A DNA stretch of 32,000 nucleotides, from positions 120,001 to 152,000 of the forward strand of contig NC_018655.1 of NCBI RefSeq assembly GCF_000299365.1, written 5' to 3'. Origin of the DNA: Candidatus Nitrosopumilus koreensis AR1 (GTDB lineage Archaea; Thermoproteota; Nitrososphaeria; Nitrososphaerales; Nitrosopumilaceae). Position numbers and translations under genes: made by a program. Each line of letters starts with the position of its first letter. Position 1 is the stretch's first letter. The notes under the pieces were generated by a model, which saw only the letters and a program-made list of their open reading frames with translations, was not told the DNA's origin and did not search any database. Below are positions 24,636-32,000 of the stretch, piece by piece.

Positions 24636-25628
24636 GTGGATAATATATCAAAAAAATTTCTAATTGTATCTTGCTTTGCTTTATTTTCATTGATTTTTCT
24701 AGGCGCAATTTATGCTGGAACAAATGAAATTGCTGTTGGTGCTGGACAAGCTCCGTCATATCCAACATGGATTGGAATTTCATATGTTGCAGGATTGTCC
24801 ATGATTGTACTTCCTTGTACACTTCCATTAGTTTTCATCATAGTTCCACTAAGCATAGGTCAGGGATACAAGAAAGGCCTCTATATGGCATTACTATTTG
24901 GAGCAGGATTAACACTAACAATTTCTGCATATGGTATTGGTGTTGGAATACTTGGACAGACTGCAGAATTAGATCAAATTTCAACATACATGTTTTTGAT
25001 TGCAGGAATTGCAGCTTTTGTTTTTGGTTTGTCTCAATTAAAATTATTGAAACTCAAACTTCCCTCGTATTCTGGAACCCCGAAGTTTATTCAAAAACGT
25101 GGAGATTTTTCAAAATCATTTTTTATGGGATTGTTGCTAGGAAACGCAGGAGTTGGTTGTCCCAACCCATTGTTTTATTGGTTGCTAATTTACATTGCAG
25201 GAACAGGAAGTATTGAAATTGGTGCAAGTTTGGGAGCCATTCATGGGGTTGGAAGAGCAATTCCTCTAATCTTAATGTCTGTGCTTGCAATTGTTGGAAT
25301 CAATGCAACTAAAGGATTGACTAGAAATCAAATTAAAATTGAAAAAGCAACTGGGTGGATGTTAATTGTAATTGGCTCATTTTTGATAATTAATGGATTG
25401 CCAGAGGGTCATGAATGGTATGAAGAAACCTTCATTCACCAAGGATGGAACAAACTTGTTGAACTAACCATGATTCCAGCTGAATTTGAAATGGATGAAC
25501 ACGAACATGCACATGAAGATCAAAATATTTCAAAAGAGATTATACCTTTCATTATAATCAGTTTGATTGGGTTTGCTATAATTTGGTATTTGATTAATAT
25601 GAGAAAACAAGGTACGGTAATGGCATGA
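24636..25628 (+). CDS. CcdA/DsbD-family thiol-disulfide transmembrane electron transporter with a His/acidic C-terminal segment
   Basis: GTG start. Polytopic. MIVLPCTLPLVF has the CcdA Cys-x-x-Pro helix and GNAGVGCPNPLF has the second Cys. EFEMDEHEHAHED lies before a final TM helix. Confidence 0.7.
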   Translation: MDNISKKFLIVSCFALFSLIFLGAIYAGTNEIAVGAGQAPSYPTWIGISYVAGLSMIVLPCTLPLVFIIVPLSIGQGYKKGLYMALLFGAGLTLTISAYGIGVGILGQTAELDQISTYMFLIAGIAAFVFGLSQLKLLKLKLPSYSGTPKFIQKRGDFSKSFFMGLLLGNAGVGCPNPLFYWLLIYIAGTGSIEIGASLGAIHGVGRAIPLILMSVLAIVGINATKGLTRNQIKIEKATGWMLIVIGSFLIINGLPEGHEWYEETFIHQGWNKLVELTMIPAEFEMDEHEHAHEDQNISKEIIPFIIISLIGFAIIWYLINMRKQGTVMA

Positions 25629-25762
25629 AAGATCCTGTTTGTGGTATGGATGTGGGTGAAAAAGGAGAGGCATTATTACATGATGGTAAAGAATATCGAT
25701 TTTGTTGCGCTTCATGTAGATGGGCCTTTGAACAAAACCCTGAACAATTCATTGAGTCATGA
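25625..25762 (+). CDS. YHS/TRASH-type metal-binding mini-protein, 45 aa, not in the ORF track
   Basis: MKDPVCGMDVGEKGEALLHDGKEYRFCCASCRWAFEQNPEQFIES*. DPVCGM..(x)..Y.FCS..C...F is the YHS signature. ATGA overlaps occur at both ends (25625-25628 and 25759-25762), indicating translational coupling. Confidence 0.7.
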   Translation: MKDPVCGMDVGEKGEALLHDGKEYRFCCASCRWAFEQNPEQFIES

Positions 25763-25983
25763 AAGTCCAAGTTCTAACTACTCCTGGCTGTTCTGCCTGC
25801 ACCACACTAGAAAAAATGTTGGACAAACTTAAGATACATTATGACTTGATTGATGTTGCAGAAAAACCTGAATTTTTAGAAAAATATCCTATATTCACTG
25901 TACCTGGTTTAGTGATTGATAATAAATTAGAGTTTGTTGGAATTCCAAAACTTACTGAATTAAAGAAAAAACTTTCTAAATAG
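25759..25983 (+). CDS. Small thioredoxin-fold / glutaredoxin-like protein, 74 aa
   Basis: VQVLTTPGCSACTTLEKMLD has the CxxC site, and FTVPGLVIDNK has the cis-Pro region. Confidence 0.75.
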   Translation: MKVQVLTTPGCSACTTLEKMLDKLKIHYDLIDVAEKPEFLEKYPIFTVPGLVIDNKLEFVGIPKLTELKKKLSK

Positions 25984-26023
25984 CAAGAAATGTTTTTTAT
26001 ACTGCACAAATTTGATATCTTAA

Positions 26024-26275
26024 ATGACGGATTACTCACTTAATGAAAAAATGATTATTGTACAATATGGGATTAAAAAATATGAAAATGAAGAAACACT
26101 TATCCAAAATTTAAAATCTATTTTTCCTGAAAAAGACATACAAAGGTGTATTGATACTTTGATAGGAACTCAAAAAGTGCGAAGAATTGGTCCTGAAGTG
26201 ATACAAAATAATGAGAGTCACACAGAACTACCTGACATTCCAGATAACCTAAAACCTATAATTGATTCACTTTGA
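26024..26275 (+). CDS. Hypothetical protein, 83 aa
   Basis: An ORF with ordinary composition and no motif recognised. Confidence 0.45.
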   Translation: MTDYSLNEKMIIVQYGIKKYENEETLIQNLKSIFPEKDIQRCIDTLIGTQKVRRIGPEVIQNNESHTELPDIPDNLKPIIDSL

Positions 26276-26296
26276 TAAATTTTTAAGTGATATTCA

Positions 26297-26758
26297 ATGT
26301 TGAAACTTATGAATTACAAAGGAATTTTTTTAACAGGTATTTTTACTGTAGTGATCCTTTCAATGTCTACATTTGCATTTGCTCATCCTCATCCTGGTCA
26401 GATACTGATTAATGGCCATACACATGAAACACAAACAGAAATTATTCCATTAAGTGGAATAATGGCACTTGAAAAGTCAACTGTTTTTTTCCATGCACCT
26501 GAAGATAATACTTTGCCATGGGGATTTGTAGAGGGGAAAATTGCAAATCATGTTGAAGGTTATCCTGTCATAATTCAGATTTTTCAAAATAACGATGCAG
26601 TTCATTTTGCTCAGACTGATGTAGGAGAGGATGGAAAATATGAATACAAATTTAGAGTATTACATTCTGAAAATGGAGAAACAAAGAAAATATTTGACGG
26701 GGATTATTCTGTAAATATCTTCAAAGTAGTTTATCTAAACCAAGAAAATTTTATCTAG
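26297..26758 (+). CDS. Secreted protein whose predicted mature N-terminus is His-rich (HPHPGQILINGHTHE), 153 aa
   Basis: Signal peptide FLTGIFTVVILSMSTFAFA | HPHPGQ, followed by a beta-rich body. Confidence 0.6.
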   Translation: MLKLMNYKGIFLTGIFTVVILSMSTFAFAHPHPGQILINGHTHETQTEIIPLSGIMALEKSTVFFHAPEDNTLPWGFVEGKIANHVEGYPVIIQIFQNNDAVHFAQTDVGEDGKYEYKFRVLHSENGETKKIFDGDYSVNIFKVVYLNQENFI

Positions 26759-27636
26759 AATCCTCTTAAGCCCTGAGGACGCATAATTTCTGGATGTTGT
26801 TTCATCCATTCTATCTTATCTAACATTGCCTGTTTGTCTTGAGGAAAAGTTCCTTTAATGGTATATGCATTTGAACCATGATTTGCTCTAAATACAATCT
26901 CATCTTTTGTATCAATCTGTTCGATCAAACTTTGTAATTCTTCTAATGATTCATCATCATCAATTCTAACAAATTCACCTCCAAACTTATCAAGAAATTC
27001 TTGCTTGATTCCATTTTCTAAATAGAGAGTTAATGCACCTACATAATGCGGAGAACAAGCACTGATTACTTCAGCAGTACCTTTGATATGCTCTTTTGAA
27101 TATTTTCTGCCTCCTAATCCCAAAATTACCATACATGACATAATGTAACCAGCTTCCTTTGCCTTGTTGACTGATTTGATGATAGTTTTTCCAATTGCTC
27201 CTTTAGTTACTTTTTTTAGAACAATATCTGATCCACTTTCAATTCCTAAATAAAACATATCAAGACCTGCTTCATTCATTTTTTTTAATTCATCAGATGT
27301 CTTTTTTAAAATGTTCATTGGCATTGCATAACAAGAAATCCTTTCAATCTTTGAAAATTTTTCTCTAATGTACTTTACAATTTTTATCATATATTCTGAA
27401 TCAAGATTTAGTGCATCGCCATCTGCAAGAAAAACCCTTCTAGTTTCAGGCAAATATTTTGCCATCATGTCAATTTCTGACTTTACTTCATCCCATGGCC
27501 TCTCAGAATATTCTTTTGATCTATACATGTCACAAAAAGAACATTCGTTAAATGAACAACCTAATGTTACCTGAAAAATCAATGATCTTGCTTCAGAAGG
27601 TGGTCTATACAGTGGTGCATCATAATTTAACATCAT
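26755..27636 (-). CDS. Radical SAM domain protein
   Basis: LGCSFNECSFCDMY cluster (spacing Cx4Cx2C as read), then FLADGDAL, GIESGSD and a TIM-barrel-like alternation. N-terminal PLYRPPSEA. Confidence 0.75.
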   Translation of the reverse strand: MMLNYDAPLYRPPSEARSLIFQVTLGCSFNECSFCDMYRSKEYSERPWDEVKSEIDMMAKYLPETRRVFLADGDALNLDSEYMIKIVKYIREKFSKIERISCYAMPMNILKKTSDELKKMNEAGLDMFYLGIESGSDIVLKKVTKGAIGKTIIKSVNKAKEAGYIMSCMVILGLGGRKYSKEHIKGTAEVISACSPHYVGALTLYLENGIKQEFLDKFGGEFVRIDDDESLEELQSLIEQIDTKDEIVFRANHGSNAYTIKGTFPQDKQAMLDKIEWMKQHPEIMRPQGLRGF

Positions 27637-27735
27637 TTCTTATTTCACTATTTTTGGCTGATTATGTTTTTTATACTTTCATTATATTTGCGCAAAATAC
27701 CTTTTAGTGGTAGGCAAGAAAAATTTACATTCATT

Positions 27736-28038
27736 ATGGCAAATGATCCTGATGCAAAAAGACTACTTTGGTTCATTTTTGCTGGTTCCCGTGGAGGTCT
27801 AAACAGGTTAAAAATTATTTCAAAATTAAAAGAAAATCCGTTAAACACTAACCAATTAGCAAACGAATTGGGTCTTGATTACAAAGCAATTCAGCATCAC
27901 ATTAAGGTACTTGAAAAAAATAATTTGATAACAAAAACAGGTGAAAAATACGGCATTATGTTTTTCATCTCAACTTTTTTAGAAGTAAATATGGAGACAT
28001 TTGAAGAAATTGAAGGAAAATTGGATAAAAGTAAATAA
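27736..28038 (+). CDS. ArsR-family winged-helix transcription regulator
   Basis: I prefer the ATG at 27736 (MANDPDAKRLL). RLKIISKLKENPLNTNQLANELGLDYKAIQHHIKVLEKNNLI is a classic ArsR HTH. Confidence 0.75.
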   Translation: MANDPDAKRLLWFIFAGSRGGLNRLKIISKLKENPLNTNQLANELGLDYKAIQHHIKVLEKNNLITKTGEKYGIMFFISTFLEVNMETFEEIEGKLDKSK

Positions 28039-28063
28039 AAGCTCAAGAGGTGTTTTTCTCTAA

Positions 28064-28348
28064 ATGGAACCTACATCTCTGATTTTGTCAATTGTCTCAA
28101 TTATCAATATGGGCATACTTGGAATTTTGATTGTCATATTTGGAAGAATGTATGGAAAAACAAGGGCACAACTTCCGCTTGGAATGATTGTTGTTGCTGC
28201 TATGTTATTTTTACATAATGTAATTGGTGCTATGGCTTACTTTTCAATGGATCAAATTTTCTCACATGATATATTCCCATATATGTTGGGAGTTGGTGTT
28301 GCTGAGCTTGTCGGATTGATAATATTCTTAAAAATTACTTTAGATTAA
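28064..28348 (+). CDS. Small membrane protein, about 3 TM helices, 94 aa
   Basis: Hydrophobic helices throughout. Immediately downstream of the ArsR-like gene. Confidence 0.55.
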   Translation: MEPTSLILSIVSIINMGILGILIVIFGRMYGKTRAQLPLGMIVVAAMLFLHNVIGAMAYFSMDQIFSHDIFPYMLGVGVAELVGLIIFLKITLD

Positions 28349-28383
28349 TCTTAGTTTAATTGTAACAAAATTAATCAGAACAC

Positions 28384-28827
28384 ATGTTACAGGAATATCT
28401 GAAGCTTAACAAAAATATTCTAATTGCATTTGCTGCATCAATTATAATTTCGGCAATTATTGCACAAATTTTATCTGATCAGGCTGATTATCTAAACACA
28501 ACATATACTACAATTGCTGATTATCTCATTTACTTTTCTGTTTTTAGTGGATTGTTCTATATTGATAACCATAAGAAATATCGTCTAAAATCAGGTAAGA
28601 CCGACACAGAAAAATTAAAACATGATCTAAAAAGGCTTATCACTTCTCTTAGCATTGCAGAAATTATCTATACAATAGTTAGATGGGGTTTACAATATTA
28701 TTTTCTAGTGATTAATTATGATCCATATTTAGCATCAATTGCATCACAAGGAATATCTACAATTATTTACATGATAGTAATTAATCTAAGTGTAAAGATA
28801 ACGAGGCTGTATAAAGATGGGAATTAG
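28384..28827 (+). CDS. Membrane protein, about 4 TM helices, 147 aa
   Basis: ILIAFAASIIISAIIAQIL, IADYLIYFSVFSGLFYI, and further helices. Confidence 0.55.
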   Translation: MLQEYLKLNKNILIAFAASIIISAIIAQILSDQADYLNTTYTTIADYLIYFSVFSGLFYIDNHKKYRLKSGKTDTEKLKHDLKRLITSLSIAEIIYTIVRWGLQYYFLVINYDPYLASIASQGISTIIYMIVINLSVKITRLYKDGN

Positions 28828-29173
28828 TGTTTATGTTGATGGTTCTGGAGGTTCTAGTGGTGGATACGGTTTTTTTGTAAAAGAAACTGGCGAATCTTTT
28901 TATGAAAAAAAACCTGAAATTACTAACAACCAGGCTGAATATTTAGCAATAATTTCTGCATTGAACAAATTTGTTGATTCTAATGAAGAAATTACAATTT
29001 ACAGCGATTCAAAAAATACTGTAAATCAACTTAATCATGAGTTTGCAATAAACAATGAACAATTACGTAATTTGGCTAGAGAAGCTTGGAATCTAATTGG
29101 AAAATTTTCTAATTTATCAATAATTTGGGTACCTAGAAAAGAGAATTTAGCAGGAAAAATGCTGGGAAGCTAA
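28817..29173 (+). CDS. Short RNase H (type 1)-like protein, 118 aa
   Basis: VYVDGSG (Asp), NNQAEYLAIISAL (Glu), IYSDSKNTV (Asp). The C-terminal ENLAGKML has Gly where the fourth acidic residue (..AD.LA) is usually found. Confidence 0.65.
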   Translation: MGISVYVDGSGGSSGGYGFFVKETGESFYEKKPEITNNQAEYLAIISALNKFVDSNEEITIYSDSKNTVNQLNHEFAINNEQLRNLAREAWNLIGKFSNLSIIWVPRKENLAGKMLGS

Positions 29174-29236
29174 ATTTTAGAGATCAGAAATTTCTATGAA
29201 TAACTTTATTATACAAAATCTTTTGATCAACGTTAC

Positions 29237-31332
29237 ATGACAGAATCTGTCGTTTTATCTCCCAAATCAATTGCAGTAATTGGTGCATCTGATAAAAGAG
29301 GAAGCGTTGGTGCTACTATCACTTCAAATATTATGAATGGGTTTAAAGGAACAGTTTATCCAATTAGTCCTTCTAGGGAGACTGTATTTTACAAAAAAGC
29401 ATACAAGAGTGTTCTAGATGTTCCAAAATCTATTGATCTTGCAGTAATCGTTATCAAAAATACATTGGTTGCACCTGTGTTAGAAGAATGTGGTAAGAAA
29501 AAATTAAAGGCGTGATTATCATCACAGCTGGATTCAAAGAAGTTGATGAAGAAGGAGCAAAACGTGAACAGGAAATCAAAGATATTGCTAAAAAATACAA
29601 AATTCAAGTTATTGGGCCCAATTGTCTTGGTGTCATGAACCTTGATCCAAAAACAATGATGAATTCTACTTTTCTTAAGATTACACCAAAATCTGGAAAA
29701 ATTGCACTTGTTTCCCAAAGTGGAGCAATTTGTGCTGCACTGGTTGAAGATGCTAGTGCCCAAGGAATTGGTTTTTCTGCAGTCGTAAGTCTTGGAAACA
29801 AAGCTGCGATGAGTGAAGTTGATGTACTAAAGATCCTTGCAAATCATAAACAAACTAAGGTCATTGTCATGTATCTTGAAGATATGGGTGATGGCCAAGA
29901 ATTCCTTAAAGTTTGTAAAAATATTACTAAAAATCTGAAAAAACCTGTACTTGTCCTCAAATCTGGACGTAGTCCTGAAGGTGCAAAGGCTGCAATGTCT
30001 CACACTGGAGCATTAATGGGTTCTGATGAAATTTATGATGCTCTTCTAAAACAATCTGGTGCAATCCGTGTTGATACAATGGAAGAATTATTTGATTATG
30101 CAACAGCTTTCTCAAAACAACCACTGCCTTCAAGTGGTGATTTAGTTATTGTTTCAAATGCTGGTGGACCTGCAATTATCTCTACAGATGCATGTTCAAA
30201 GGCTAACATTAAGATGGCTGATATTACAAATATCAGGAAAAAAATTGATGAGGTAATTCCTCCTTGGGGAAGTTCTAGAAATCCAGTAGACATTGTTGGT
30301 GATGCTGATTTTAATAGATTCCATAATGTTTTGGATCGTGTATTAAAGCATCCAAAAGTTGGTTCTGTAATTTCCATGTGTACTCCTTCTGGTACGCTAA
30401 ATTATGATAAACTTGCGGAAGTTATTGTTGATATGTCAAAAAAATACAAAAAAACAATGCTTGCAAGTTTGATGGGATTGGATGAAGGGATTACAAACAG
30501 AGAAATTTTGGCTGCAGGAAATGTTCCATATTATACATATGCTGAAGGTGCAATCAGAACACTTGCTGCCATGATTAGGTTTTCTAACTGGGTCAAATCT
30601 TCACCTGGTAAGATAACGAAATTTAAAGTAGACAAAACTAAAGCTAAAAAAATATTTGACAAAGTAAAAAAAGAGAAAAGACCAAATCTATTAGAAGAAG
30701 AAGGTCAAGAAGTTCTCAAAGCATATGGTTTACCCCTTCCTAAAAGTGCACTTGCTAAAAATGAATCTGAAGCAGTAAAAATTGCAAAGCAAATTGGTTA
30801 TCCTGTTGTAATGAAGATTGCATCTCCTCAAATTATTCATAAATCTGATGCAGGTGGTGTTAAAGTCAATTTAACAAATGATGCTGAAATTAAAGATGCT
30901 TTCAAAACTATAGTCAAGAATGCAAAACAATACAACAAAAAAGCAGAGATCAAGGGCGTCTTGATTGTAGAGATGGTTAAAGGTGGCAAAGAATTAATCA
31001 TTGGTTCAAAACTAGAACCTGGATTCGGTTCCGTAATTATGCTGGGTATGGGCGGAATTTACGTTGAAGTTCTTAAAGATGTTACATTCAAACTTGCTCC
31101 AGTAACTGACAAAGAAGCAGATGATATGATAGCATCAATTAAAACTCAAAAACTCTTACAAGGAGTTAGAGGCGAAAAACCCTCTGACATTACAAAACTC
31201 TCTGAATGCATTCAGAGACTATCACAGCTAGTTTCTGACTTTAAAGAGATCAAAGAATTAGACATGAATCCTGTTCTTGTTATGGAAAAAGGAAAGGGAT
31301 GTCGAATTCTAGATGTACGAATAGGCATCTGA
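29237..31332 (+). pseudogene. ADP-forming acyl-CoA synthetase (NDP-forming acetyl-CoA synthetase family; positionally the 4-hydroxybutyrate-CoA ligase of the HP/HB cycle) interrupted by an apparent 1-nt frameshift
   Basis: Two track ORFs (29237..29515, 92 aa; 29512..31332, 606 aa) together give about 698 aa of one protein. These comprise a CoA-binding N-terminus (SIAVIGASDKRGSVG), a ligase-CoA domain (VSQSGA, MSHTGALMGSD) and an ATP-grasp C-terminus. The frames switch at the A6 tract 29498..29503. One extra A would read GKKKIKGVIIITAGF. Confidence 0.8.
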
Positions 31333-31405
31333 TCGCCATTTATTCCTAAATTTGTGCAAGCGTAAATCTAGAATATTTATACAACATGAAACTGATTATT
31401 GTTAC

Positions 31406-32000
31406 ATGGCTAATGTCTTAAAGACAATTAGAACTGGTGATGATTATATTGAAAGCCTTAGAGGCCGAGATCTCAAAGTTTACCTTTTTGGTGAACTAGT
31501 TAAAGAACCAGTGGATCATCCTATGATCAGACCCTCAATTAATGCAGTTGCAGAAACTTATGATCTTGCAGTACGTGAAGAAGCACTAGCTTCTGCTGAC
31601 TCATCAATTACTGGACTTAAAGTAAATCGATTTTTACATATTGCAGAAAGCGCTGAAGATTTAGTTTTACAAAATAAAATGCAAAGAAAACTTGGTCAAA
31701 ATACTGGTACCTGTTTCCAAAGATGTGTTGGAATGGATGCCCTGAACTCTTTACACTCTACAACTTTTGAAATTGATGAAAAACATGGAACTGATTACCA
31801 TAAAAGATTTTTAGAATTTGTAAAAATGGTTCAAAAAGAAAATCTTGTAATTGGTGGTGCCATGACTGATCCTAAGGGAGATAGAAGTAAAGGACCATCA
31901 GAACAAGATGATCCTGATCTGTTTACACGTATTGTTGATACTGATGAAAAAGGAGTTTACGTTTCTGGGGCCAAAGCACATCAAACTGGATGCATAAATT
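31406..32000 (+). CDS. 4-hydroxybutyryl-CoA dehydratase (4-hydroxyphenylacetate-3-monooxygenase/AbfD family), N-terminal 198 aa; continues beyond the window
   Basis: The frame is open from the ATG at 31406 to the window end (MANVLKTIRTGDDYIESLRGRDLKVYLFGELVKEPVDHPMIRPSINAVAETYDLA..NRFLHI..QRCVGMD..). It has the family-typical N-terminus and sits next to the ADP-forming synthetase, as in Nitrosopumilus. Confidence 0.8.
   Translation, partial: MANVLKTIRTGDDYIESLRGRDLKVYLFGELVKEPVDHPMIRPSINAVAETYDLAVREEALASADSSITGLKVNRFLHIAESAEDLVLQNKMQRKLGQNTGTCFQRCVGMDALNSLHSTTFEIDEKHGTDYHKRFLEFVKMVQKENLVIGGAMTDPKGDRSKGPSEQDDPDLFTRIVDTDEKGVYVSGAKAHQTGCIN

Noticed and set aside
24767-25216. 149-aa alternative-frame ORF inside the CcdA-like gene
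   Set aside because: Its Cys/Trp/Arg-rich nonsense-like translation lies fully within a coherent polytopic membrane protein frame.
25641-25832. 63-aa track ORF spanning the CcdA/thioredoxin junction
   Set aside because: It is out of frame with two better-supported genes, the YHS mini-protein (25625..25762) and the CxxC thioredoxin-like protein (25759..25983), both with ATGA-coupled starts.
27664-27735. N-terminal 24-codon extension of the ArsR-like regulator and the antisense ORF 27648..27848
   Set aside because: The extension is hydrophobic or AT-rich leader-like sequence. The ATG at 27736 yields a standard-length wHTH protein. The antisense ORF has no features.
1-32000. CRISPR arrays, IS elements with terminal inverted repeats, and 16S/23S rRNA
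   Set aside because: I saw no regularly spaced direct repeats, no transposase-like ORFs and no large rRNA-like GC-rich blocks while reading the window. This was a visual scan only, not a computed repeat search.

Overview
The window reads as an AT-rich (about 32-38% GC in hand-counted stretches) Nitrosopumilus-like ammonia-oxidising thaumarchaeal chromosome. That assignment is an inference from gene content; no database search was possible. It rests on three things. An ADP-forming acyl-CoA synthetase sits directly upstream of a 4-hydroxybutyryl-CoA dehydratase, the signature pair of the thaumarchaeal hydroxypropionate/hydroxybutyrate cycle. A heme-copper oxidase operon carries a tandem plastocyanin-like gene. 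F420-related enzymes are present. The window splits in two. Bases 1 to about 6230 are an accessory, integrase-linked island. It holds the C-terminal 460 aa of a large MORC-like protein, a basic zinc-ribbon protein, and a co-directional minus-strand cassette just downstream of a tyrosine integrase. That cassette encodes a ParB/Srx-motif protein, a class III cyclase/GGDEF-like palm-domain protein, a 2-TM protein and a 4-TM protein. I consider this cassette the best candidate for an undescribed nucleotide-signalling, abortive-infection-type system. Bases 6230 to 32000 are mostly core genes: aminotransferases, F420 reductase, the COX operon, a two-component pair, aspartate kinase, three tRNAs, a CcdA-YHS-thioredoxin cluster and a radical SAM enzyme. 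Other points of note: an apparent 1-nt frameshift in an A6 tract splitting the 4-hydroxybutyrate-CoA ligase gene, a roughly 105-nt GC-enriched 5S-rRNA-like element, two small metal-binding ORFs below the ORF-track cutoff, and atypical tRNA positions. All functional calls come from motif reading by eye and need HMM or structure searches to confirm.
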